NCBI GenBank assembly: GCA_024276935.1
Contig: JAJRWH010000043.1
Location: 5,416 to 69,415 of the forward strand
DNA: 64,000 bases
Source: Deltaproteobacteria bacterium
Lineage (GTDB): Bacteria; Desulfobacterota; Desulfuromonadia; Desulfuromonadales; Geopsychrobacteraceae
Direction: 5' to 3'
A program made the position numbers and the translations under genes. The notes under the pieces were generated by a model. That model was not told the DNA's origin and did no database searches. It saw nothing but the letters and a program-made list of their open reading frames with translations. This document shows positions 1 to 9,085 of the stretch, one piece after another (the first letter of the stretch is position 1; each line of letters begins with the position of its first letter).

Positions 1-292
1 TCCCTCTTTCGTCGAGGCTGACAGGAGGGCGCCCGTAATGAGGCGTCCGGCTGATGGAAGATGTGGAGCGACAGACCCGATTCTGTCGCCCCGATTGCGT
101 ATACACCCGTGCCGGTAGAATGTCAAGTGGCCTGACCAGGCGGGTGGTAAACCAGTGTTTTTTTGCGTTGGCAAATCCTGACTATATCGCTGATATTTCT
201 CCGGGCAAGAGAAGAAAGAGAAAAGCCGGGCGTCCCGGAACAAAAAAGGTGATCAATAAGGGTGAGGCAAATGAAATTTTGTGAACAGAACC

Positions 293-329
293 AATAAAAA
301 GGGCCCGTCACCTGAGATGTGACGGGCCC
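293..329 (-). terminator. Rho-independent terminator downstream of the transaldolase-like gene
   Basis: Perfect 11-bp inverted repeat GGGCCCGTCAC (301-311) / GTGACGGGCCC (319-329) with a 7-nt loop. On the minus strand it is followed by a T-run (plus-strand AAAAA 296-300), about 25 nt after the stop of the 355..993 gene. Confidence 0.8.
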
Positions 330-354
330 TTGAAAAAATATCAGGAGTGAAGAA

Positions 355-993
355 TCAGCGCTTTTTCCAGTCAGCCATAAATTTTTCGATACCGACATCA
401 GTCAAGGGATGACGGGTTAATTGCTGCATGACTGCATAAGGGATGGTGCAGATGTCAGCGCCGACCAATCCGGCATTCAGGACATGCAGAGGGCTGCGAA
501 TAGAAGCAACGATAATTTCAGTCGTATAGCCGTAGTTGTCGAACAGAGTGCGGATTTGCTCGACGCCTTCCATCCCTTCGTGGCCAATATCATCAAGACG
601 GCCGACAAAAGGCGATACGTAGGTTGCCCCTGCCTTGGCCGCCAGCAACGCCTGAACAGAACTGAATATCAGCGTGACATTGGTATGGATACCTTCCTGG
701 CTGAAAATCCGGGTGGCTTTCAGTCCCTCTTCGGTCATGGGGACCTTGATGACGATATTGGGATTGATTGCCGCGAGATCACGCCCTTCACTGACCATTC
801 CCGGTGCATCCAGGGCAATAACTTCAGCTGAAATCGGACCATCGACGATTTCGGTTATCTCGCTGATGACCTCTTTAAAATCACGCCCACTTTTGGCGAT
901 CAGAGAGGGATTTGTGGTGACGCCGTCGACCAGACCCAGGTCATGGGCAGCACGAATTTCTGTTACTTCAGCGGTGTCGATAAAAAACTTCAT
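355..993 (-). CDS. tal: Short transaldolase (type 3B) / fructose-6-phosphate aldolase family
   Basis: 212-aa ORF. N-terminus [16 protein letters not shown], segment IVIKVPMT (Schiff-base Lys region) and the size all fit the short Tal/FsaA family. A terminator follows. Confidence 0.9.
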   Translation of the reverse strand: MKFFIDTAEVTEIRAAHDLGLVDGVTTNPSLIAKSGRDFKEVISEITEIVDGPISAEVIALDAPGMVSEGRDLAAINPNIVIKVPMTEEGLKATRIFSQEGIHTNVTLIFSSVQALLAAKAGATYVSPFVGRLDDIGHEGMEGVEQIRTLFDNYGYTTEIIVASIRSPLHVLNAGLVGADICTIPYAVMQQLTRHPLTDVGIEKFMADWKKR

Positions 994-1032
994 GGTTGCT
1001 CCTTAAGCAAAAAGGGGAAAAACGGTAAGGGA

Positions 1033-1278
1033 TCACGTCTGTTTTTTGAATTGTTTACGACATTTACGTGAGCAGAAATAATACTGTCGGCCCTGAATAT
1101 TGGCACTGAGTGCATCACTGATGGGAAGGTAGGTGCCACATTGCGGGTCCTGAACCATCTGCTCGCCGTTTTGGCTGCGATTTGCGGGTGGTTTCTGGTC
1201 GCGTCGCCTGGGAAAAAGTGCCTGAAAAAAACTGTAACCAAGAAAAAAGAGCAGGGCCAGCAACAAAAGTTTGATCAT
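1033..1278 (-). CDS. Small membrane-anchored protein with C-terminal TRASH/YHS-like cysteine motif
   Basis: 81 aa. Hydrophobic N-terminus MIKLLLLALLFFLGYSFF, then C-x..YYFCSRKCRKQF. Sits 9 nt downstream of folK on the same strand. Confidence 0.5.
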   Translation of the reverse strand: MIKLLLLALLFFLGYSFFQALFPRRRDQKPPANRSQNGEQMVQDPQCGTYLPISDALSANIQGRQYYFCSRKCRKQFKKQT

Positions 1279-1286
1279 GGTTCATT

Positions 1287-1793
1287 TCACCAATTTTGGT
1301 TGAGAATACGAATATCTTTGGCCGCAGGAAGTTTGTTCAGTAATTCCCGCATACTCAGGCCCGTCAGAGGGTGACAAAAATCTGGAGCCAGAGTCACCAG
1401 GGGCAACAACACGAAGTGCCGCTCAGTCAAACGCGGGTGAGGAACCTCAATCCCGGTTTCGTTGATTTGCTGCTGGGCATAAAACAACAGATCGATATCG
1501 AGGGTTCGTGCGCCCCAGCGCTCTTTGCGTTTGCGTCCTTCGGCAAGTTCAAGCTCCTGGCAGAAGTGCAACAACGAATGCGGATCAAGAGTCGTTTCAA
1601 GCATCAATGCCGCATTCAGATAGTCCGGCTGTCCGGAAGGACCTCCAAGCGGTGGTGTCAGGTAAAGGGGAGACGATTGGCACAGGCTCGTTGCCGGATG
1701 ATCCATCAGCTGTTGTCTGCTGCGCCGAAAGGCCGCTTGGGGGTCACCCAGGTTCCCGCCCAATCCCAGAAAAACAGTTGCCTTTTGCTGCAT
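1287..1793 (-). CDS. folK: 2-amino-4-hydroxy-6-hydroxymethyldihydropteridine diphosphokinase (HPPK)
   Basis: Motifs VFLGLGGNLGDP, RWGARTLDIDLL and PHPRLTERHFVLLPL. The track ORF runs up to 2009, but the conserved domain starts at the internal ATG at 1793 (MQQKATVFLGLGGN), giving a typical length of about 168 aa. Confidence 0.85.
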   Translation of the reverse strand: MQQKATVFLGLGGNLGDPQAAFRRSRQQLMDHPATSLCQSSPLYLTPPLGGPSGQPDYLNAALMLETTLDPHSLLHFCQELELAEGRKRKERWGARTLDIDLLFYAQQQINETGIEVPHPRLTERHFVLLPLVTLAPDFCHPLTGLSMRELLNKLPAAKDIRILNQNW

Positions 1794-2097
1794 GTCATAA
1801 CTCGTGGCATTAGAACACAGGGGCTGAACTGAAATCAATTGATGGGCTACCGGTTCAGTTGTGAAACAGGCTGTCTGTGCCCTGTGCAGACAGGGGCGCG
1901 GGCAGTCCGAGAGAAAATTGACATGTCCGGCCCTTTTCCTGATCGCCCCGAGATGTATCACGCCCGGCTTTTTCATGTCAAAAAAACGACCGACCGTCCA
2001 TATCGGCAATCCTGTCCGATGGGAGAATTCTGTTTAGTCAAGAAGTGTACAAAAATAATTCTTTTAAAACAGTCACTTAAGGTTGATCTGCTCGGCT

Positions 2098-2112
2098 TGG
2101 CATGCTTTTGGC
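2098..2112 (+). promoter_or_regulatory. Candidate sigma54 (-24/-12) promoter for the TPR-flgB operon
   Basis: TGGCATGCTTTTGGC has GG and GC at canonical spacing (consensus TGGCAC-N5-TTGC). The -12 element reads TGGC instead of TTGC. It lies 43 nt upstream of the GGAGGA RBS and GTG start at 2155. Confidence 0.4.
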
Positions 2113-2154
2113 CATGAGGTGATACCGGACAGGTCTTTGTGGAGGATTATTTTT

Positions 2155-4545
2155 GTGGTGAAGAGACTGATATTTTTTTTGCTGGGACTGATGGTCTGCT
2201 TGCAGCCTGCGGGATATCTGTTTGCTGCAGATCCACCAAAGCTGCTTGAACTACAGAAACATGAGGGTCTCAGCAGTACCCGAATTACTCTGACTTTCGA
2301 CAGATTGCCCGAGTTCAGCTTTGATCATTCTGGTCAGCGGCTGGATGTTTTGCTCAGTAAATCGACTGTTTCTGCCGGGCTGATGAAATTACCTGAGGAT
2401 GAAACGGTCGTGAAAATTCTCCTGGCGGAAAAAAAGGGTGACCTGCTGGTCTCACTGTTATTACGGCGGCCACCCAAACAGATTGTCAGTGAAAGTCAGG
2501 ATAAACCTGCCCAGATCCGCTTCGACCTCTACTGGGACAGTGCTCGCGGCAGTCGTCCTGCCGTTGCTTTCAGAATCGAGGGTATTCCAGGGCGCAAGGG
2601 GGGCCGCAAGGTCAGGGATGAACGCCAATTTCCCCCCTGGCGTGAAAACTGGCGACCTTTATTTAAAGCAGATCTCAGCCCTTGGAAAATCGAACCAGAG
2701 GCTCACTTCAGTTTACCCAAGTTACCCGTTCTTACGTTTGATAAGCCGACAGCCGCCCTGAAGCAACGTCTTGATCTGGTTGCTGAAAATCGTTGGCTCA
2801 GTCTGCTGCGCTTTTTACCTGAGATGCCAGCTGTTGCCAAGGCAGAAAAACGGGTTGAAGAGTTGCTGGTCATTGAGGGTCTGTTGCGTACTGACGGGCT
2901 GGCTGCCGCAGACCGGCGCCTGCTTGCTCTTGAAGATTTACAAGGGCCTTATCGAACCCGTGTCGATTATTTGACAGATTTTGTCCTGGCATCAAACGGA
3001 CAGGCCTATGCGGCATTTCTCAAGTTGTCTGAACAGCTCAAAAAACTTCCTGTAGAGGACAACCTCTACCCGCTCATGACACTGCTTGCTGCCGAAACGG
3101 CCCTGGCCAGCCGGAACAACAAAGACGCCGCAACATTGCTGGAAAACAAGAAGATACGTTGGCCTGCCACCCTTCGTCCTCTGGTAACACTACGCCGTGC
3201 CGATGCTGCCAGCGAATTAAAATCATACGCTGATGCCCTGCGTGGTTATCGAAGTCTTTCCCCCGATTCTCGTATCTTTGATCAGTACCCCAGATCACGG
3301 GCCCGTGCAGCTCGTGCTGCTTTCGAAAAAGGGGACTATGCATTGGCGGCCCGTTTTTACAAAGCGCTGGCCCAGCAGATGGCGGATCAACCGCAGGAAG
3401 CCTTGGCCTATTATGCCGCCGCTGCATCCAGCTATGACGCCGGTGATACGGAGTGGGCCCAGATCGGGTTGCAAAAAATCTATCTGGAGATGCCGGGGAC
3501 CGAGGGTGCCGACCGTGCTGCCCTGAGATTGCAGGACCATCAGGTATTGATCGGTGGCGAACGTGCCCAGGCAACAGCTATTTATCAGTATGCCGACCTG
3601 GCAAAACACTCACGCACCAGAGCTTTACGTGAAGAAGCAATGTTCAAGCAGGCTCTGGTCCTCTATCTGCTGGGTGATTCCGCGGAAAGCGTCAAGGTGT
3701 TAATGACTTTTCGTCGCGTTTTTGCCCGGGGTTCCCTGCGGGCCGAGGCCGATTCTTTGTTACGAGAGCAGTTGCCTGCTGTCATCAGTCGTCTGATCAA
3801 AAAGGGAGAGGATATTCCTGCGGTCGTTCTGGTTGAACAAAATCGAAAATTACTTCTTAAGGGTCAGCTTGATAAAGAATTTCTTGATCAGATTGCCGGA
3901 GCCTTCACTCGGCTGGGTCTTTTCAAGCGAGCCGCTCGGGTTCTGCTGTTCCAGCTGGATCGGGCCCAGGGGAAGAAAGAACGTGAAGAACTGTACCTTC
4001 CCCTTGCTCAGCTGTATCTGATGCGGCGGGAATATCGGGCAGCGTCAGACTATGCCAGAACCTACCTCGACAAGTATCCCCAGGGGAGCCGCCGTGGAGA
4101 GGCCTATGGTCTGCTGCTTGATGCTCTGGAAAAGCAGAAGAGATTTAGCGAACTGTTACAGCAGCTCGAACGTAAGGACCGGCCACAAAGTGCAACCCTC
4201 GATATCCGGGCGGCCTGGATTTACTGGCAGCAGGAACGACTCACTGATGTTGCCGCCCGACTTGAGCATGCTCGTGCCCTGGGGGGTGTTTTTGCGGTCA
4301 AAGATATGGCACTGCTGGCTGAAACCCTTTACCAGTTGGGACGTAATACTGAATCAGCAGCCCTCTATAAAACCCTTATCCAAAATAAAAAGTTCGGGGC
4401 ACAAGCGAAGTACCGCAGCGCCCAACTCCTGTTGCGACAGGGGAAAAAGCGAGATGGACTTAAGCTTCTGCAGGACTTTGTCGAAAAAGATAAGGACGGT
4501 CCCTGGGTGATTTTGGCGCAGGATTTGCTCAAGGAAATTAAATGA
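2155..4545 (+). CDS. Secreted TPR-repeat protein with N-terminal beta-rich (AMIN-like) domain; first gene of the flgB operon
   Basis: GTG at 2155 lies 8 nt after GGAGGA (2141-2146). Signal-peptide-like KRLIFFLLGLMVCLQPAGYLFA|ADPP. About 100 aa of beta-type sequence (RITLTFDRLPEFSFDHSGQRLDVLL) is followed by about 650 aa of Ala/Leu/Tyr-rich helical repeats (e.g. AARFYKALAQ, ALAYYAAAASSY, AQLYLMRREYRAASDYARTYL). Stop is 37 nt before flgB. Confidence 0.6.
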   Translation: MVKRLIFFLLGLMVCLQPAGYLFAADPPKLLELQKHEGLSSTRITLTFDRLPEFSFDHSGQRLDVLLSKSTVSAGLMKLPEDETVVKILLAEKKGDLLVSLLLRRPPKQIVSESQDKPAQIRFDLYWDSARGSRPAVAFRIEGIPGRKGGRKVRDERQFPPWRENWRPLFKADLSPWKIEPEAHFSLPKLPVLTFDKPTAALKQRLDLVAENRWLSLLRFLPEMPAVAKAEKRVEELLVIEGLLRTDGLAAADRRLLALEDLQGPYRTRVDYLTDFVLASNGQAYAAFLKLSEQLKKLPVEDNLYPLMTLLAAETALASRNNKDAATLLENKKIRWPATLRPLVTLRRADAASELKSYADALRGYRSLSPDSRIFDQYPRSRARAARAAFEKGDYALAARFYKALAQQMADQPQEALAYYAAAASSYDAGDTEWAQIGLQKIYLEMPGTEGADRAALRLQDHQVLIGGERAQATAIYQYADLAKHSRTRALREEAMFKQALVLYLLGDSAESVKVLMTFRRVFARGSLRAEADSLLREQLPAVISRLIKKGEDIPAVVLVEQNRKLLLKGQLDKEFLDQIAGAFTRLGLFKRAARVLLFQLDRAQGKKEREELYLPLAQLYLMRREYRAASDYARTYLDKYPQGSRRGEAYGLLLDALEKQKRFSELLQQLERKDRPQSATLDIRAAWIYWQQERLTDVAARLEHARALGGVFAVKDMALLAETLYQLGRNTESAALYKTLIQNKKFGAQAKYRSAQLLLRQGKKRDGLKLLQDFVEKDKDGPWVILAQDLLKEIK

Positions 4546-4582
4546 TACAAATTTTGACAGTCAAGTGGCGGAGTATTGAACC

Positions 4583-4996
4583 ATGGCAAATTTCAATCTG
4601 ATTGATTCCACGACTAGGGTTTTACAGAAAAGTCTGGATTTACGTGAGCAGCGCCAGCAGGTCATTGCCGGGAATGTCGCAAATGCCGAAACCCCAGGCT
4701 ATGCAGGACGAACCTTTGAATTTGAGAAAAAATTGCAGGCGGTTCTCAAGCAACCGTCCCAGTCGATTCCTGTGACCAACCCGAAGCATTTCCCCCTGGG
4801 AGGCAAGAGTCTCAGTCAGCTTCAGGGTGAGGTTGTCAGGCATCCTGATCGCAGTGGTTTTGGCGATGGCAATACGGTGGTGGTTGAGGATGAAATGGTG
4901 GCCCTGGCTGAAAACGAAATTCTTTACGAAACTTCAGCCAAGCTGGCCAAGCGTAAGCTGCAATTACTCAAGTATGTCGCCAATGATGGCAGATAA
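4583..4996 (+). CDS. flgB: Flagellar basal-body rod protein FlgB
   Basis: 137 aa. Rod-family N-motif VIAGNVANAETPGY. Position immediately upstream of flgC-fliE. Confidence 0.95.
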   Translation: MANFNLIDSTTRVLQKSLDLREQRQQVIAGNVANAETPGYAGRTFEFEKKLQAVLKQPSQSIPVTNPKHFPLGGKSLSQLQGEVVRHPDRSGFGDGNTVVVEDEMVALAENEILYETSAKLAKRKLQLLKYVANDGR

Positions 4997-5027
4997 AAGA
5001 TCATCAAGGGAGTAGACAGGAGTCACT

Positions 5028-5459
5028 ATGGATATTCTGACCAGTATGAAAATCGGGGCTTCGGCCCTGAAGGCACAACGGACCCGCCTGAACACCATTG
5101 GGACCAACATTGCCAATATCGATACCACCAGGACACCCGAAGGGGGACCTTTTCGCAAGCGTGAGGTGGTGTTCCAAAGTACCAATAAGGGATTTGCCGA
5201 ACATTTAGGTGCCAGCCAGCGTGATGGAATCGCCGGAGTTGAAGTCGCCCAGATTCGGGCGAGCAACAGCCCCCCCAAAATGATTTACAACCCGGGTCAT
5301 CCCGATGCCGATTCGGACGGCATGGTTGCGATGCCCAACATTGATCTGATGGAAGAAGTGGCCGATATGATGAGTGCAACCCGGGCCTACGAAGCCAATG
5401 TCACCGTTGTGCGTTCAGCAAAACGGATGGCGATGAAAGCCCTGGAAATCGGGCAGTGA
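5028..5459 (+). CDS. flgC: Flagellar basal-body rod protein FlgC
   Basis: 143 aa. IGTNIANIDTTRTPEGGPFRKREVVF and C-terminal EEVADMMSATRAYEANVTVV. Confidence 0.95.
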   Translation: MDILTSMKIGASALKAQRTRLNTIGTNIANIDTTRTPEGGPFRKREVVFQSTNKGFAEHLGASQRDGIAGVEVAQIRASNSPPKMIYNPGHPDADSDGMVAMPNIDLMEEVADMMSATRAYEANVTVVRSAKRMAMKALEIGQ

Positions 5460-5464
5460 GGTAA

Positions 5465-5773
5465 ATGATGAATACAATCAACGATATTACTCTTGACAGT
5501 CATCTTCAGGGCCTTGCTGATACCGGAAAAAATTCGGACATCAATCAGGCCGGGGCCGATTTTGCCAACATGATCAAAGAATCGATTGCTTCAGTCAACC
5601 GCAAGCAGGTTGAGGCCGACCAGGCCGCAGTCGAGCTGGCCAGTGGTCAGAACAGCAATATTCACGAGGTAATGATCAAGATGGAAGAGGCTGAGATTTC
5701 GCTCCGTCTGATGGTGCAGATGCGTAACAAGGTTGTTGATGCCTATCAGGAAATCATGCGGATGCAGGTCTGA
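5465..5773 (+). CDS. fliE: Flagellar hook-basal body complex protein FliE
   Basis: 102 aa. C-terminal IHEVMIKMEEAEISLRLMVQMRNKVVDAYQEIMRMQV. Confidence 0.95.
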   Translation: MMNTINDITLDSHLQGLADTGKNSDINQAGADFANMIKESIASVNRKQVEADQAAVELASGQNSNIHEVMIKMEEAEISLRLMVQMRNKVVDAYQEIMRMQV

Positions 5774-5837
5774 TAACCCGTTCAGGTGTCGGGGGGAGGC
5801 AGAAGGTCAGCAACAGGATGAAATGAGGTTTTGATTT

Positions 5838-7397
5838 ATGGCGGACGAAGAAAAAAAGAATTTGTTCGATGTGATGAAGGAATGGTCGCTGGCCCGCAAA
5901 ATGAGCCTGATCGGCGTCGGGCTGGTGAGTATTTTGCTTTTTTCAGTCATTATCATGCAGAGCCGGGTGGCCGACTACAGCCTGTTGTTTGCCAATCTTC
6001 CCGGGCGTGATGCGGCGACAGTTGTCGAGTGGCTGAAGGATCGCAAGATCCCCTACCGTCTTGAAGATGGTGGCAAAGATATTATGATTCCCGCCGACAA
6101 GGTCTATGAAGCACGTCTCGAATTGGCCGGTGCCGGTCTGGCTGACAGCGGAGTCGGGTTTGAAATCTTTGACCGGCAAAGTTTCGGTTTGACCGATTTT
6201 GCCCAGAAGGTCAACTATCGCCGTGCCCTGCAAGGCGAATTGATGCGGACGATTTCATCCCTGGCTCCGGTCGAAACAGCCAGGGTTCATCTGGCCTTGC
6301 CTGAAAAACGTCTGTTTCGAGATCAGCAAAAAGCTGCGACAGCGTCCATTATTGTCAAACTCCATTCGGGGAGCAAACTCAAAGAATCACAATTGCAGGG
6401 GATTGTCTCGCTGGTTGCCGGGAGTGTCGAAGGGCTTGAAACGGAGAATGTCACCATTGTCGATGCGACAGGCAAGGTGTTGTCCAAAAGCCAGGGAGAG
6501 GGTCTTGCCGGGCCGATGACACCGGGCATGCTTGAGTACCAGCAAACCGTAGAACGGCGCCTGGAAGACCGTGCCCAGTCAATGCTAGATCGGGCTCTTG
6601 GGGCGGGTAATTCCATGGTCCGGGTGACCGCCGAGATCAACTTTGATCAGCGCGAACGGGTTGAACAGCTGGTTGATCCCAATGGGGCGGTTGTGGTCAG
6701 CGAGCAAAGCAGTAATGAGCGTGGTGCCACCGAAAATGCCGCTGGTGTTCCTGGGGTTGCCTCAAATCTCCAACCTACCCAGACAACAGTCACCGCATCG
6801 CCATCCAGCCAGACCCAGGAAACGATCAATTATGAAATGAGCCGGATCACCAACAAACTTGTTCAGTCGGTGGGCAGTGTTAAAGCCTTATCCGTTTCGG
6901 TATTGGTGGCCGACAAGATGACGACCGGTGCCGAAGGCAGCAAGCAGACGCCCACTCCGCGTGATGCCGCCGAGCTTCAGGAAATCGAAAAAATGGTGCG
7001 TAGCGCGTTGGGACTCAATGACAGTCGCGGAGATATTTTAACGGTTGTTTCGATGCCATTTGAAACCGGTTTTATCGATGAACCTTTGCCGACGCCTTCA
7101 CCGATCAGCAAAATCTACACCTATATGCCATTGATCAAGTATGGCTTGCTCAGTATTGCGGCGCTGATGGCCTACCTGCTTTTTTTACGGCCCTTACTCA
7201 AAACTTTGCGCAGTGCTGCCGATCAGGCAGAACCGATGAAAACAGTTCAGGAGCTTGAGGCCGAGCTGCAGTCCGGGGTGCCAATGCTGGGTGGTCCTGG
7301 CGACCCTCTGGCCCAGATCCGACAAGAAGTTCTCGGTGGCGATATGGCCCCGGTGCAGGTGGTTAAAACCTGGTTACGTGAAGAAGCCGTTGAATGA
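5838..7397 (+). CDS. fliF: Flagellar M-ring protein FliF
   Basis: 519 aa. N-terminal TM, YscJ/FliF motif NYRRALQGELMRTISSLAPVETARVHLALPEKRLF, and a second TM (LIKYGLLSIAALMAYLLFL) near the C-terminus. Confidence 0.95.
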   Translation: MADEEKKNLFDVMKEWSLARKMSLIGVGLVSILLFSVIIMQSRVADYSLLFANLPGRDAATVVEWLKDRKIPYRLEDGGKDIMIPADKVYEARLELAGAGLADSGVGFEIFDRQSFGLTDFAQKVNYRRALQGELMRTISSLAPVETARVHLALPEKRLFRDQQKAATASIIVKLHSGSKLKESQLQGIVSLVAGSVEGLETENVTIVDATGKVLSKSQGEGLAGPMTPGMLEYQQTVERRLEDRAQSMLDRALGAGNSMVRVTAEINFDQRERVEQLVDPNGAVVVSEQSSNERGATENAAGVPGVASNLQPTQTTVTASPSSQTQETINYEMSRITNKLVQSVGSVKALSVSVLVADKMTTGAEGSKQTPTPRDAAELQEIEKMVRSALGLNDSRGDILTVVSMPFETGFIDEPLPTPSPISKIYTYMPLIKYGLLSIAALMAYLLFLRPLLKTLRSAADQAEPMKTVQELEAELQSGVPMLGGPGDPLAQIRQEVLGGDMAPVQVVKTWLREEAVE

Positions 7398-7440
7398 TGT
7401 GTCGAGCATGTCCTGTTGATAAAAGCCGGGAGTACAAAAC

Positions 7441-8454
7441 GTGAAGGCCGCTGAAAGACTCTCAGGAGCCCAAAAAGCTGCAATCCTGATTCTCTGTCTG
7501 GGAGAAGACGCTGCGGCGCGGATTTTCGAAGCCCTCGATGACAGCGAAGTCAGAGATATCAGTCGCTGCATGATGGATGTTGAGCATGTCGATCCTGAAC
7601 TTGCCCGCGCCGTTCTTGAAGAGTACAAAAATGCCAAAAATCAGGATCTCGGGGTTTATATCAAGGGTGACAGCTTTGCCCGCAACGCCATTCTTGGGGG
7701 CGAAAATCATGAACGTGCCGAATATCTGATCGAACAGGTGACCGCCGGAATCGAAGGCCGTCCTCTTGAAACCATTTCAAAAATGCACCCGCGCATGGTC
7801 GCCAGCTTACTTGAAAGTGAACATCCGCAGACCGTCGCCCTGATTCTTTCAACCCAAAGAGAAGATCACGCCAGTCGGGTTCTCATGCAGATGCCAGAAG
7901 AGCTGCGTGGTGAAATCATGTACCGGATTGCCAAAATTGAAAATGTTTCCCCCGAAGTGATTGGCCGAATAGAAGATGCCCTGCAACGTGAGATTGGTGT
8001 GGTTGTCAGTCAGGATAAAAAGCAGGTCGGGGGTGTCGACAAGGTGGTTGAAATTCTCGGCAAGATGGAAAAAGGTTCTGATCAGGTAATCCTGACCGGT
8101 ATCGAGGCCGCAGATGCCGAAATGGCTGAAGAAATTCGTCGCCGTATGTTCACCTTCGAAGATTTGATCGTCCTAGATGGCCGTTCGATGCAGGCCGTGT
8201 TGCGTGAAGTGAGTACCGACAGCCTGACCCTGGCGCTGAAAACGGCCTCTGATGAGCTTAAAAACAAGATCTACTCGAATATTTCTCAACGTGCAGCCGA
8301 TATGATCGAAGAAGATCTCGATGCCATGGGCCCCCGTAAACTTTCCGAGGTCGAAGCGATGCAGATGGAAATTGTCAAAGTGGCCCTCAAGCTTGAAGAA
8401 GATGGAACCCTGGTGATACCAGGTCGCGGAGGTGGTGGCGATGAGCTTGTCTAA
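7441..8454 (+). CDS. fliG: Flagellar motor switch protein FliG
   Basis: 337 aa, GTG start. GAQKAAILILCLGEDAAARIFEAL, MFTFEDLIVLDGRSMQAVLREV, ISQRAADMIEEDL. Confidence 0.95.
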   Translation: MKAAERLSGAQKAAILILCLGEDAAARIFEALDDSEVRDISRCMMDVEHVDPELARAVLEEYKNAKNQDLGVYIKGDSFARNAILGGENHERAEYLIEQVTAGIEGRPLETISKMHPRMVASLLESEHPQTVALILSTQREDHASRVLMQMPEELRGEIMYRIAKIENVSPEVIGRIEDALQREIGVVVSQDKKQVGGVDKVVEILGKMEKGSDQVILTGIEAADAEMAEEIRRRMFTFEDLIVLDGRSMQAVLREVSTDSLTLALKTASDELKNKIYSNISQRAADMIEEDLDAMGPRKLSEVEAMQMEIVKVALKLEEDGTLVIPGRGGGGDELV

Positions 8455-9085
8455 GGTTTATCGTGGCCAGGAATTCAGTGAACTCGAAAGTTTTCAATTT
8501 CGCTCATTTACCGACCATGGGGTGCCGATTGCCAGTTCCGGAAATGAACCTTCCGCTGACAGCATCGCAGCCCTGCCCGATTCACAGCAGGAGATCAGTG
8601 AGGCCTTTACCCGTGGGCGACAAGAGGGGGCTGCTGACGTTGAATCAAAACTTGACAGCACCTTGCAGGCCCTGACTCAGGCTCTGGAAGAGGTCAACCG
8701 ACTTCGTGAGTCGGTCGCCCGCAACAGCAGTCAGGATATGCTCAGAATGGTGATGGCAATCAGTGAGCAGGTGATTCGGCGCTCGATTGAAGTTCAGCCG
8801 GATCTGGTTCTGTCTCTGATTGAAAATGCACTTCAGGCTTCGGTCCAGGCCGATTCCTACCGGATAAAGGTCAGCCCACAGGACCTGGAACTGGTCAAAC
8901 AGCAAAAACCCCTCTTTCTTGCCAGCATCAGTGGGTTGAAGAATATTTCCCTTGAGGCAGATGCCTCAATTACCCCCGGGGGATGTCGGGTCGAGTCAGA
9001 TTTTGGCGATGTTGATGCCACGATCGAAACCCAGCTGGAAAAAATTCGCACTGCTCTTGCCGGAGCCATAACGGAGTCAGGCTGA
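8432..9085 (+). CDS. fliH: Flagellar assembly protein FliH
   Basis: 217 aa between fliG and fliI. Coiled central region and C-terminal [23 protein letters not shown]. The start may be the ATG at 8441. The stop overlaps the fliI ATG (TGATG). Confidence 0.85.
   Translation: MVAMSLSKVYRGQEFSELESFQFRSFTDHGVPIASSGNEPSADSIAALPDSQQEISEAFTRGRQEGAADVESKLDSTLQALTQALEEVNRLRESVARNSSQDMLRMVMAISEQVIRRSIEVQPDLVLSLIENALQASVQADSYRIKVSPQDLELVKQQKPLFLASISGLKNISLEADASITPGGCRVESDFGDVDATIETQLEKIRTALAGAITESG

Noticed and set aside
40-95. Possible 3' end of RNase P RNA (GATGGAAGATGTGGAGCGACAGACCCGATTC loosely resembles ..GATGAATGACTGTCCACGACAGAACCCGGCTTA..)
   Set aside because: The near-invariant P4 strand ACAGAACCCGGCUUA is not present; the sequence here is ACAGACCCGATTC. 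Instead the segment folds into a simple local hairpin. I also saw no tmRNA or tRNA T-loop signature.
54-398. Track ORFs 54..284 (+) and 123..398 (-)
   Set aside because: They overlap each other and the tal terminator. Neither has an RBS. Their composition is Arg/Ser/Cys-rich with rare AGA/AGG codons, and the basic KRRKRKAGRPG tail looks like a translated purine-rich tract. I treat the region as non-coding.
1794-2009. N-terminal extensions given by the ORF track for folK, flhB, flhA, flhG, flgH, flgI, flgK, maf2, the HldE-like gene, radical SAM 1 and 3, the kinase, the tkt N-subunit, the LbH acetyltransferase, the dehydratase and fliC2
   Set aside because: In each case the extension overlaps the upstream gene or intergenic leader. 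The conserved family N-terminus or signal peptide starts at an internal ATG/GTG, often with an RBS or an ATGA-type coupling overlap.
4566-4580. Sigma54-like TGGCGGAGTATTGAA just upstream of flgB
   Set aside because: The -12 element is off by one and lacks GC. It also ends only 2 nt before the flgB ATG, leaving no room for a leader or RBS.
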